Source: an uncultured Saccharospirillum sp. (GTDB lineage Bacteria > Pseudomonadota > Gammaproteobacteria > Pseudomonadales > Natronospirillaceae). Taken from it: a stretch of 64,000 nucleotides of DNA. The notes below the pieces were generated by a model. The model searched no databases. It saw only the letters and a list, made by a program, of their open reading frames with translations, and was not told where the DNA came from. A program made the position numbers and the translations under genes. Positions 40,128 to 49,346 of this stretch are shown one piece after another. Each line of letters starts with the position of its first letter. Within the stretch, counting starts at the first letter, position 1. The DNA lies in the NCBI GenBank assembly GCA_965652395.1, contig CBFGUW010000002.1, forward strand, positions 57,583-121,582, read 5' to 3'.

Positions 40128-41338
40128 CCACACACCACTCGCACGATGCCATTATTGTTGGCGGCGGCATGGTAGGCCTGGCACTGGCGGTGGCCGCCGC
40201 TCGCGAAAATCTGTCCGTTCTGGTGATCGAGCAACACTATCCGGAAATCGAAGCGCCTAATCCGGGCAAATTCGCGCCCCGGGTAAGCGCGATCAGCCAT
40301 CACAGCCAACAATGGCTCGCCCGCCAGGGTGCCTGGCAGCGACTGCCCAAAGGGCGGGTGTGCAGCTACGGGCACATGAGCGTTTGGGACGGGCTCGGCA
40401 GCGGCCACATAGACTTCGACGCCGCCGAGGTGCAGGCCGAAAGCCTCGGGCACATCGTGGAAAATCACTGGGTGACCCAGGCACTGTGGGAAACCGCCGA
40501 AGAGCACCCCACCCTGCAACTGGTGGCTGGACACAAAGTGGCACACTGGGAGGAATCCGAATCCGGTGTCGAGGTGACGCTGGATGACGGTCAGGCGTTC
40601 TCAGCGCCGGTGTTGGCCGCCTGTGATGGCAAATTCTCTAAAATTCGGGAGGAAGCAGGCTTTGATACCCGGGAGTGGGCCTATGGCCACACCGCCCTCG
40701 TCACGTCGATCCGGCACAGTCATTCCCATGCCTTCACCGCCCGCCAGGTGTTTCTGGATTCAGGACCGCTCGCCTTTTTGCCACTCACCGACGAAACCGG
40801 CACCAGCGAATGGTCTTCTATTGTCTGGAGTGCTGAAACCGAGCGGGCGGAAGCCTTGTTTCGACTCGATGAGGCCGAATTCCTGACTGAATTGAACCGT
40901 TTCAGCGAGGGTTGCCTCGGGGAAATCACCGCCACCGATCCGCGCTTCCGCTTTCCACTGACTCAAATGCATGCCAAGCGCTATTGGCGTGGCCGGGTTG
41001 TCCTTCTGGGGGATGCGGCCCACGCCATCCACCCTCTTGCAGGCCAGGGTGTGAACCTGGGTTTTTTGGATGCGGAAGCCCTAAGCCGGGAATGGGTAGA
41101 GGCCAAAAACCAAGGCCGCTCGACCGGCGATGCCTGGACGCTGAGACGTTTCCAACGAAAGCGTCAGGCCCACAACCTGGCCGCAATGGCGACGATGGAA
41201 GGTTTCAAGCGTTTGTTTGGCACCGACCACCCGGCACCGGTGCTGTTGAGAAACCATGGCCTCGCCTTGTTCGATCGCTTCACGTTGGCCAAACGCCCTT
41301 TGATTCACGCTGCCATGGGTGAATTCACCGGGGGTTAA
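40124..41338 (+). CDS. ubiI: FAD-dependent ubiquinone biosynthesis hydroxylase, UbiI(VisC)-like
   Basis: [14 protein letters not shown] GxGxxG; start overlaps upstream stop. Confidence 0.55.
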   Translation: MTTHHSHDAIIVGGGMVGLALAVAAARENLSVLVIEQHYPEIEAPNPGKFAPRVSAISHHSQQWLARQGAWQRLPKGRVCSYGHMSVWDGLGSGHIDFDAAEVQAESLGHIVENHWVTQALWETAEEHPTLQLVAGHKVAHWEESESGVEVTLDDGQAFSAPVLAACDGKFSKIREEAGFDTREWAYGHTALVTSIRHSHSHAFTARQVFLDSGPLAFLPLTDETGTSEWSSIVWSAETERAEALFRLDEAEFLTELNRFSEGCLGEITATDPRFRFPLTQMHAKRYWRGRVVLLGDAAHAIHPLAGQGVNLGFLDAEALSREWVEAKNQGRSTGDAWTLRRFQRKRQAHNLAAMATMEGFKRLFGTDHPAPVLLRNHGLALFDRFTLAKRPLIHAAMGEFTGG

Positions 41339-41799
41339 ACGGCCCCCTCGAATCCTATCTGGCGCCAAGCCTCGTATACCATGATGGCTGCCGCATTCGA
41401 CAAGTTCAGGCTGCGGCTGTCCGGTGTCATTGGCAAGCGCAGCACCTGGCCTTCCGGCAGCGCTTCGCGCACCTCAGCAGGAAGCCCGCGGGTTTCCGGT
41501 CCGAACATCAAATAATCCCCCGGCTGAAAACGAACATCGGACGGGTAGCGCTTGCCTTTGGTCGAAAGCGCGTACAGCCGCTCTGGTCTGGCCTCGGCCA
41601 GAAAAGCCGCGTAATCCGGCCAGATTCGGATATCAGCGAACTCATGGTAGTCGAGCCCCGCCCGGCGTAGCGCCTTCTCTTCCATACTGAACCCCAAAGG
41701 CTCGATCAGATGCAGGTGGCAACCGGTGTTGGCACACAACCTGATAATGTTACCCGTATTGGGCGGAATTTCGGGCTCGAAAAGCACGATGTGAAACAT
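41335..41799 (-). CDS. trmL: tRNA (cytidine34/cmnm5U34-2'-O)-methyltransferase TrmL (SpoU family)
   Basis: [26 protein letters not shown] and SLN(L/V)S.A SPOUT motifs; 154 aa. Confidence 0.85.
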   Translation of the reverse strand: MFHIVLFEPEIPPNTGNIIRLCANTGCHLHLIEPLGFSMEEKALRRAGLDYHEFADIRIWPDYAAFLAEARPERLYALSTKGKRYPSDVRFQPGDYLMFGPETRGLPAEVREALPEGQVLRLPMTPDSRSLNLSNAAAIMVYEAWRQIGFEGAV

Positions 41800-41947
41800 G
41801 ACCGGTTTTTCCTTTAGAATTGTGAGACAGTTAACAATAAATCACATACACTGCGGAAAATTCGCTTGTGTTTTTGACGCCAAGGCCGACAACACCGTTA
41901 GAAGGCGTCAAGAACTTGAACATCCATAAGGACATCGCGCCGCTTTA

Positions 41948-42209
41948 GGAGCCTCTGAACAATTCCCGCGCGGCTCTGCGGGAGCAAAAACGCTTTGCCA
42001 CTAGGCGGACTTCGCAGCGCAATGGCTGGTCATTGTCAAGAAGTCCAACGACGGGGCAGAGCGTTTTGGCCCCGCCCGAAGGGGCTTTCCGAGGAACGGT
42101 GCCACTGCGTTGGACTCATTTGAAAGGTCTAGACATTCCTGCATGAGTCCGCCTTGTGGCACCGTCCCTCGGAAAAGCCAGAGCCACGCGGGAATTATTC
42201 AGAGGCTCC
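41948..42209. repeat. palindromic MITE-like element copy B (~262 bp)
   Basis: ~90% identical to 219-510 apart from matched indels on both arms; TIR GGAGCCTCTGAACAATTCC / GGAATTATTCAGAGGCTCC. Confidence 0.8.
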
Positions 42210-42354
42210 TTAATCGTGGCATCCCCTGTAGCGGCTCCCGTAATTACAGGGGTTCTTCAAGCCAAATGACGGCTAATCCCGGGAAAGGTTGCTAAACTGC
42301 TGTCTAACTGTATTTGACACCCTAACTTTTTGGGAATTGTGGAGCGCTGAGCTT

Positions 42355-43305
42355 TTGGGCTTATTGTCACCGATTCGACGTAACAAACGCCAACATTGGA
42401 TTTACCTCACCGAAGAGGGCATGGGGCTGGCGGGCATTCAGGCCAATGGCGATGCCATGCCACGGCTGGAATATTGCGACTGGCTGTCCGAGCCGGATGC
42501 ATTGAACCGCCCGGGCGAACTGGCCTCTAAAGTGGCCGAGAAAGCCAGTGGCACGGTGAATCTGTTGCTGGGTGAAAGCTTCTATCAGTTATTACTGGTC
42601 GATGTTCCCGATGTCCCGGCCGAGGAAATCGAATCCGCTCTGCGACTCAAGGCGGCGGAACTCATCAGTTATGACATCGAAGAAGCGGCTATTGATGTGA
42701 TATTGCTGCCGACGGATGCCTATCGCGGCCGGTTGCGCATGGCATTCGTCGTGGCCACCCAAAAAGCGCCGTTGCGCCAATGGGCTCTCGAGCTCGCCAA
42801 GCGCGGACTGATACTGTCGGTTATCGATATCGACCAGATGCAACTGCGCAACCTCGCCATTCGCACCCAGCAGCGTCATCAGAGCGGTCTGCTCCATTTA
42901 GGGCCGACCCAGTGCCGCCTGGTGCTTCTCTACGAAAACGAGATCGTCTTGTCGCGCCAGTTCGATATAGGCTACCAAAGCCTTGGCATGGAAGGCCCCG
43001 GCGAACCGGGACTGGTGCTGGAGGGGCAGGACGATATCCAGCTTGAATCCCTGGTGCTGGAGCTACGCCGCTCGTTCGATTATTACGAATCCCAACTCGG
43101 CCTTGGCAGCATCAGCGAAGTGTCGTTGCTGGGTTGGCCCGGCGATACCAGTCTGGCGGGCTCCCTGGGTGATAAAATGGGCGTTCGCTTCCAATTGTTG
43201 ATGCCCGAAGACGTACTCCTGTTACCGGCTGAACTGGAGAGCTCCCCCCTGCCCGACCCGGTTATTCCGCTATTGGGAACCGCCTTTCGGGAGGTCAGCC
43301 CATGA
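42355..43305 (+). CDS. mshI: MSHA pilus biogenesis protein MshI (PilM-like actin-fold domain); start uncertain (TTG at 42355 chosen; ORF opens at 42289 in AT-rich leader)
   Basis: PilM-like N-terminus LLGLLSPIRRNKR...; first gene of msh-type cluster. Confidence 0.55.
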   Translation: MGLLSPIRRNKRQHWIYLTEEGMGLAGIQANGDAMPRLEYCDWLSEPDALNRPGELASKVAEKASGTVNLLLGESFYQLLLVDVPDVPAEEIESALRLKAAELISYDIEEAAIDVILLPTDAYRGRLRMAFVVATQKAPLRQWALELAKRGLILSVIDIDQMQLRNLAIRTQQRHQSGLLHLGPTQCRLVLLYENEIVLSRQFDIGYQSLGMEGPGEPGLVLEGQDDIQLESLVLELRRSFDYYESQLGLGSISEVSLLGWPGDTSLAGSLGDKMGVRFQLLMPEDVLLLPAELESSPLPDPVIPLLGTAFREVSP

Positions 43306-43925
43306 CTCGTCATATCAATCTGATGCAGCCGGACATCCTACCGGGCTTCGGGCGCTGGCAGGTTCCTTCGTTTATTGCCGCTGTCCTGGTGACACTGATC
43401 ATCAGCGGGCTCTATACCCTCTACCAATGGAACGAACGACAAGAACTGCTCGACGAAACCGCCTATTGGCAAGGCGAAGTGGTCACCAGCCAGCAGCGTC
43501 TGCAGGATTTCCAACGCGCCAATCCTTCCATGGCGAGCGAAACGGAGCTGCAAAAGGAAAACGAGACCCTGAAAACCCGGCTGAAAGAGCGTGAGTCGGC
43601 CTTGAGCGGCCTGGCCACCCAGCTGGATATCTCAGCCCAAGGGTTTTCCCAATCCCTGGCGAATCTGTCCAACTATGACCTGGACGGCATCTGGCTGACT
43701 CACATCCAATTGAGAGACAGCAGTGCCCATCTGGGCCTGGAAGGCTTTACCCGCGACCCCGGCCTGGTACCCCGCTATCTGGCACAACTCGAAGGGTCGG
43801 TATTCGACGGTTTGAGCATTCGCAACCTCAACATTCAGCAGGCAGGCGAAGAAGCGGACAACCTTTGGCGGTTCTCCATCGCCGATACCGCTGTCACCCC
43901 AACCACTGACGGAGGGGTGCGCTGA
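43302..43925 (+). CDS. MSHA biogenesis protein, PilN-like (MshI C-terminal half / MshI2)
   Basis: Single N-terminal TM, coiled coil, PilN-like periplasmic domain; overlaps upstream stop. Confidence 0.5.
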   Translation: MTRHINLMQPDILPGFGRWQVPSFIAAVLVTLIISGLYTLYQWNERQELLDETAYWQGEVVTSQQRLQDFQRANPSMASETELQKENETLKTRLKERESALSGLATQLDISAQGFSQSLANLSNYDLDGIWLTHIQLRDSSAHLGLEGFTRDPGLVPRYLAQLEGSVFDGLSIRNLNIQQAGEEADNLWRFSIADTAVTPTTDGGVR

Positions 43926-44567
43926 ATGGCCTGGACATTCCAACTGAGGCTCTGGCTCGATCGTTTCCAGCCCCGGGAACGTTTGTTAATGCTGATTTCC
44001 CTGGTACTGGTGGTGGGATTCTTGTTTCAGGCAGGAATCTGGCTAAGTGGCCTGACCCACCAGGACACCCTCGAACAACGCATTGAAACGCTGCGCAAGG
44101 AGTTCACAGCCAACCAAAACGCGCTGATCGCCTTGCAGGAAGCGATGAACAATCCACTGGCCCGAAACCTGAGCGAGCAAAACCGGGCTCTGCAAGACCA
44201 ATTGCAGGAACTCGACAATCGTATCAGCCGAGTGACCGATGTCCTGATTCCACCGGACCGGATGGTCACCCTGCTGCGCGAACTGTTAAACGAAAACGGC
44301 CTTACCCTGCAGCGCCTGGACGTCAAACCAGCGGCCAGAGTGCAAAGCAGTGAAGGCGACCCGGGGGTCATTCTCTATCGACACCGGCTGGAACTGGATT
44401 TGCAAGGCAACTACACCGCCTTGATGCAATATCTTGACGCTATCGAGGCCAAACCCTGGCAACTGTTTTGGGATGAGATCAGCATCGAAACCAAGAATTA
44501 CCCCCAATTGAACATCCGGCTGCGGGTTCATACCCTCAGCGATCAGGAGGAGTGGTTGAATGTTTAA
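43926..44567 (+). CDS. mshJ: MSHA biogenesis protein MshJ (PilO-like)
   Basis: TM + coiled coil + PilO-like domain; position in cluster. Confidence 0.55.
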   Translation: MAWTFQLRLWLDRFQPRERLLMLISLVLVVGFLFQAGIWLSGLTHQDTLEQRIETLRKEFTANQNALIALQEAMNNPLARNLSEQNRALQDQLQELDNRISRVTDVLIPPDRMVTLLRELLNENGLTLQRLDVKPAARVQSSEGDPGVILYRHRLELDLQGNYTALMQYLDAIEAKPWQLFWDEISIETKNYPQLNIRLRVHTLSDQEEWLNV

Positions 44568-44904
44568 AGCTCGCTCCTTGATCTGGGCGCTGATACTGCT
44601 GCCCTGGGTTTCGGCTACTCACGCCGACCCCATGCGACCGGACAACTATCAGTTGCCGCAGACAAACCAGGCTCCATCAATCGTCTCCGAACCCAGCCTG
44701 GTACTGAGCTCCATCTATATTCTCGACGATCAGCGCTATGCCGTGATCAACGGTCAGTGGCTGACTCTGAACGATACCATTCACAACTACCGGTTGACGG
44801 ATATCAGACCCGACCATGTTCACCTCAGACAGGGCAGCCGCCAGCGCACCCTGGAACTGCGGCAGGCGGGATCGCTATCCATCACCGAAACCGACGAGGA
44901 ATGA
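44560..44904 (+). CDS. mshK: MSHA biogenesis protein MshK (PilP-like lipoprotein)
   Basis: Signal peptide, ~110 aa, position between mshJ and secretin. Confidence 0.5.
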   Translation: MFKARSLIWALILLPWVSATHADPMRPDNYQLPQTNQAPSIVSEPSLVLSSIYILDDQRYAVINGQWLTLNDTIHNYRLTDIRPDHVHLRQGSRQRTLELRQAGSLSITETDEE

Positions 44905-44920
44905 CCTTGTGACAGCCCGT

Positions 44921-46480
44921 ATGCCCTCGGCCATCGTCAAACCGCTGTTCGTCCTGGGGGGAATCGTCCTCACCGGCTTGGTGGGATGCGCTTCCGTTCC
45001 CGACCAACCGGATGAAGTCCCCGATTTTGATGCCCGCGCCGCCCTGGCCGAAGAACGCCCGAATGCGGTTCCGAATCCACGGCCGGCCACACCGGTCAGC
45101 GCGCCCTCCGCGCTGGAAAGCGATCTGCTGGATTTCAGCCAGGCGCCCCGCACCGCCAAGCGGTTCGATGTGCAGGCCCAGAACGTTCCATTGCAACGAT
45201 TCTTCGCCGACCTCGGCCAAACTGAAGGCATCAACGTTCTGGTGGACCCTACGATCAATGGGAGCATCAGCCTGAACATGCGGTCGGTTACGATTGATCA
45301 GGTCATGAATGCCATACGCGATCTCTATGGATACGATTACCGCCGTACGGACTACGGCTACCGAGTGCTACCCAACCAGATCCAGACCCGGATTTACCAT
45401 TTGAACTACCTGAATGTATCGCGTTCGGGTCGTTCCGATACCACCGTCAGTGGCGGCCAGATTGTTGCTTCTGAAAGCGGCAGTAACGAAACCAGCAGCG
45501 TTTCCACCGAATACAGCGCGGATTTCTGGCAGGGTATGGAAACCACTGTTCTGGGCCTGCTTGAAGATGAACCGGGCCGCCAGGTCGTGGTCAACCCGCA
45601 GTCCGGGCTGCTGGTTGTACGCGCCACGCCCCGTGAACACGAGACAGTCGCCCGGTTTCTGGAAGATGCCGAAGGCAGCCTGCAAAAGCAGGTAGTGATT
45701 GAAGCCAAAGTGGTTGAGGTGACTCTTAGCAACGAGTTCAGGGCCGGTATCAATTGGAACACCTTTGCCAACGATCTGAGCCAGGCCTCCTCTGAAACCG
45801 GTGGCATCCTCAGTGGTAACGCCCTCTCGGGTGTTGGTGGCATTGGCGGTGTCTTCAGCCTGAGCATTGCCAGTGGCGATTTCGCCGCCATGTTGCAGTT
45901 GTTGTCTCACCAAGGCGATGTTCAGGTGCTCTCCAGCCCTCGGGTTTCCACCGTAAATAATCAGAAAGCTGTGATTAAGGTCGGTACCGATGAATTCTTC
46001 GTTACCGAAGTGACCTCACGAGTGGAGGACGAGGATACGGGAGAGGCCACGCCCGAATTCGTGTTATCCCCTTTCTTCTCTGGTATCGCGCTTGACGTTA
46101 CCCCTCAGATCAGTGCTGAAGACAACGTAATCCTGCATGTTCGCCCCTCAGTGACCGAAGTGACCGAAAGCACCAAGGTGATCAATGTAGGCGGCGCCAC
46201 CTACAACCTGCCGCTGGCCCTGTCTAACATCCGGGAAACAGACAGCATTATTCGGGCGTCCAGCGGCCAGATCGTCGTCATCGGCGGGCTGCTGTCCCAG
46301 AAAAACGATACCTCGGCCACCGGCCTGCCCTGGCTCTCCCAGGTGCCGGGTTTGAAATTCCTGTTCGGTCAACAGCGGCAGGCCCGCAGCAAGAGCGAAC
46401 TGGTGATCCTGTTGAAGCCGATCGTCTACGACGAAGGCACCACCCTGAACGACCTGGACCAGGTCCTCAAACGGATGTAA
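44921..46480 (+). CDS. mshL: MSHA secretin MshL (type II/IV secretion secretin family lipoprotein)
   Basis: Lipobox LVGC; secretin C-domain (VIKVGTDEFF..., LLSSPRV, VVIGGL); alternative GTG start 44909. Confidence 0.8.
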   Translation: MPSAIVKPLFVLGGIVLTGLVGCASVPDQPDEVPDFDARAALAEERPNAVPNPRPATPVSAPSALESDLLDFSQAPRTAKRFDVQAQNVPLQRFFADLGQTEGINVLVDPTINGSISLNMRSVTIDQVMNAIRDLYGYDYRRTDYGYRVLPNQIQTRIYHLNYLNVSRSGRSDTTVSGGQIVASESGSNETSSVSTEYSADFWQGMETTVLGLLEDEPGRQVVVNPQSGLLVVRATPREHETVARFLEDAEGSLQKQVVIEAKVVEVTLSNEFRAGINWNTFANDLSQASSETGGILSGNALSGVGGIGGVFSLSIASGDFAAMLQLLSHQGDVQVLSSPRVSTVNNQKAVIKVGTDEFFVTEVTSRVEDEDTGEATPEFVLSPFFSGIALDVTPQISAEDNVILHVRPSVTEVTESTKVINVGGATYNLPLALSNIRETDSIIRASSGQIVVIGGLLSQKNDTSATGLPWLSQVPGLKFLFGQQRQARSKSELVILLKPIVYDEGTTLNDLDQVLKRM

Positions 46481-46492
46481 CCGACCAACCCT

Positions 46493-47407
46493 ATGTACGA
46501 AGCGCACTTCGGGCTACAGCAACGGCCTTTCAGCCTGTCTCCGGACACGGCCCTGTTCGTGCAACTGGACGATCACGAAGCCTGTTACCGGCTGCTGACG
46601 CACGTATTGGACACCGGAGAAGGGTTTTTGAAGGTGATCGGCGACGTGGGCACCGGCAAAACCATTCTTTGCCGCCGCCTGCTGCGCTATCTCAGCGACG
46701 ACCCGGTCGCCAAAGACCGTTTTCACAGCGTATATATTCCCAACCCCATGCTGTCCCCGGTGGGGCTTTACCGGGCGGTCGGGCATGAGCTGGGGCTCAA
46801 GCTTTCCGAGCAGGCCGATAACGCCGCGCTGCTCGAACATATCAACCGGCGCATTCTGGCCCTGGCGGAACAGGAGCGGGGCGTGGTCATCGTCGTTGAC
46901 GAGGCCCAATCACTGCCCGCCCAAACCCTGGAAGCGCTGCGGCTGATCACCAATCTGGAAACCGAGCGGCAAAAGCTGGTACAGATCATCCTGTTCGGCC
47001 AGCCGGAGCTGGATGATCTGCTGAACCACAAACGTTTTCGCCAGTTGCGGCAGCGAATCACCTTCGCCCACTACTTAAAACCGCTTGATCGGCAAGCCAC
47101 CCGTCAATACCTTGACTACCGGCTATCCCGTTGCGGTTATAACGGCCCGACACTATTCGACCAACGCACTTTGGCCACGCTGCACAAGCGCACCCATGGT
47201 GTGCCCCGAATGATCAACGTTCTGGCGCACAAAGCTCTGCTGTCAGCATTTTCCGAACAACGACGCCAGATCAAACCGGCCGACATTGACCGCGCCTGGA
47301 GGGACAGTCAACCGGAACACCAAGGCTACCGTCGATGGCTGGCCCCTTCGATGGCCGTATTGACCGTAGGCCTCCTGATCGCCGTGTCGGCCTGGAGCTT
47401 CCTGTGA
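46493..47407 (+). CDS. mshM: MSHA biogenesis protein MshM (ExeA-like AAA ATPase)
   Basis: Walker A GDVGTGKT, Walker B VVIVVDEAQ; ExeA family. Confidence 0.75.
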   Translation: MYEAHFGLQQRPFSLSPDTALFVQLDDHEACYRLLTHVLDTGEGFLKVIGDVGTGKTILCRRLLRYLSDDPVAKDRFHSVYIPNPMLSPVGLYRAVGHELGLKLSEQADNAALLEHINRRILALAEQERGVVIVVDEAQSLPAQTLEALRLITNLETERQKLVQIILFGQPELDDLLNHKRFRQLRQRITFAHYLKPLDRQATRQYLDYRLSRCGYNGPTLFDQRTLATLHKRTHGVPRMINVLAHKALLSAFSEQRRQIKPADIDRAWRDSQPEHQGYRRWLAPSMAVLTVGLLIAVSAWSFL

Positions 47408-48504
47408 GCCTGATCCATCAGGCGCTCAACCGACCGGAACCGCCGGAGCGGGAGAATAACTCTCAGTTCAACCCTATGGGCCGACCGAACAGCCAAAGCC
47501 GGGCGCTCTGGTGGTGGATCACCGCCATGGCAAGTCTCGCCACCCTATCCCTTTTGGGTTATCAGGGCTGGCAATCTCTGAACAACACCCCTGCCGTACA
47601 GGAATCTACACCTCAAACTCCGTCGGCGAATCAGGCGGTCGCAAGGCTCAGCCCACCGAAAGAGGTTGCCAAGCCAGTAGACCCGTCCTCCGGCTCAAGT
47701 GTTGAACAGACACCCATCATTCAGAGCAAACCTGAGGAATCGCTCCCGGCAGCACCGGTTCCAGCAAATCCCAAACCCGCGACGCCGAAACCAGCACCCA
47801 TCGAAGCACCTCAACCTGAGACTCAGCCAAAGGTTGAGGTGGATGTTGAAACAAAAGCGGCACCAGAGATGACCCAACCGGAACCCGAAGTAAAACCGGA
47901 AGCGGTTGCCAACGCGCCAACAGAGGAAACACCGGCTAAGGAAACCGGTGCGAATTCGACACCAACCATCACCAAAGCTACCGTTAAACCGGTCATGGAG
48001 ACGGCGAACACCGACACTGCGGAAAGCAACCCGGTAAGACCGGCGCGAAACCCAGATCAGGACCTGGAAGCCCGGGTGCAAAACGCGCTTGACCAAGGGG
48101 AACTGGAACGCGCCGAATCCTTGCTTAAAGGGTGGATCGACCGCGCGCCTGACGCCGAAATGCCGCGTCTTTGGCTGGCCAAAATCTATCTCTCCAGCGG
48201 GCTGCCTGAAGCAGCCGACCCCTTGTTAAACGGCCTCGGCTCAGTGGAAGCGCTGGGGCTTCGGGGCTTGCTGCTGGAAAAGACCGGGCGTTATCAGGAT
48301 GCTTCCCGAGTGTTTGAACACCTGACCCGCCGGGAGCCGGAAACCCCCGGCTGGTGGCTTCATTGGGCGATTAACCAGGAAAACGGCGGTCAACTGGCAA
48401 AGGCACGAATCTTGTATCAGACTTTCCTGAAAGAATTCTCAGCCTATGACGCCAGCCTGACTGCTTTTGCCAGGGAGCGTTATCAGGCACTGGAGGGGTG
48501 GTGA
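47404..48504 (+). CDS. mshN: MSHA biogenesis protein MshN (TM + Pro/Ala/Glu-rich linker + C-terminal TPR)
   Basis: GTG start overlapping mshM stop (GTGA); low-complexity PAPxxPKP linker; TPR-like C-terminus. Confidence 0.5.
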   Translation: MSLIHQALNRPEPPERENNSQFNPMGRPNSQSRALWWWITAMASLATLSLLGYQGWQSLNNTPAVQESTPQTPSANQAVARLSPPKEVAKPVDPSSGSSVEQTPIIQSKPEESLPAAPVPANPKPATPKPAPIEAPQPETQPKVEVDVETKAAPEMTQPEPEVKPEAVANAPTEETPAKETGANSTPTITKATVKPVMETANTDTAESNPVRPARNPDQDLEARVQNALDQGELERAESLLKGWIDRAPDAEMPRLWLAKIYLSSGLPEAADPLLNGLGSVEALGLRGLLLEKTGRYQDASRVFEHLTRREPETPGWWLHWAINQENGGQLAKARILYQTFLKEFSAYDASLTAFARERYQALEGW

Positions 48505-49346
48505 TGGCGACCAGCAGGCTGTATCAGGTATTGCGAGAGCATTCGGACATCGATCCGCAAATGCTGGATGCAATCCAGGCTGACCTGGAAGACCCCGAGG
48601 ACGGACGCAAGCTGGGTGAAACGGTCGTTAGAGAGGGCCTGATTTCGTTTTCCACTATGATGGAGCTGTCCTTTACCCACGAACTGTTTCCAAAAACGCA
48701 AAGTGTCCTAAAGCGCATCGCCAAGGCCCGCCAAAAGCGTCAGTTCATCAAACCCAAAGCACATGAGACCCGCTACCGCCTCGCCGATGATGAGAAAATG
48801 TCTGAAATGGTGGTGTTTCCCGGAAACGAGATTCAGCTGAAAATCCCCAGGCCCAATCTGGCCCGTTACAACGCCGTCAGCACGGACGAACGACAGGTGG
48901 TGGAAATGGCTGTGGAGCTGGTCAACATCGGGCAACTGCGGGAAGCGGAAATGTTCCTGATAGACGCCCGGGAGGAATTTCCAAATTCAGTCCGGGTCCC
49001 ATTGCTGATCGTCTGGCTTTATTTTTTGTGTCAACGCTTCGGCCCTGCCTGGGAATGTGCCAACCAGGCCAGAAAAGAACACCCATCGGACGTCAATCTC
49101 CTCGAATATCAGGCTTTTTTGGAACAATGCATCGGCAAGCATTTGCTTGCCGTCCACCATTACCAGCAACTCACCTTGCTCGCGAATATCAAAAACATCT
49201 GGTACCTGCTGCTCGCCTACTCTTTGGAACACGCGGGGCTCGCCATGGATGCGGCTATTAACTATCGAATCTTCCTGAAGCTCAATCAACAGGAGGAATT
49301 GACCCATTTTGTTCAACATCGATTGGAAAAACTGGTTTCCCAATGA
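48498..49346 (+). CDS. hypothetical protein with T2SS-E-N-like N-terminal segment and TPR-like helical repeats, inserted between mshN and mshE
   Basis: Overlaps both neighbours by 4-7 nt (operon member); no confident family. Confidence 0.45.
   Translation: MVMATSRLYQVLREHSDIDPQMLDAIQADLEDPEDGRKLGETVVREGLISFSTMMELSFTHELFPKTQSVLKRIAKARQKRQFIKPKAHETRYRLADDEKMSEMVVFPGNEIQLKIPRPNLARYNAVSTDERQVVEMAVELVNIGQLREAEMFLIDAREEFPNSVRVPLLIVWLYFLCQRFGPAWECANQARKEHPSDVNLLEYQAFLEQCIGKHLLAVHHYQQLTLLANIKNIWYLLLAYSLEHAGLAMDAAINYRIFLKLNQQEELTHFVQHRLEKLVSQ

Noticed and set aside
42289-42354. ATG at 42289 as the mshI start (as in the ORF track)
   Set aside because: The first ~22 codons are AT-rich and leader-like (MLNCCLTVFDTLTFWELW) with no RBS. 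A PilM-like N-terminus begins at LLGLLSPIRRNKR, so a downstream TTG/ATG start is more plausible, though uncertain.
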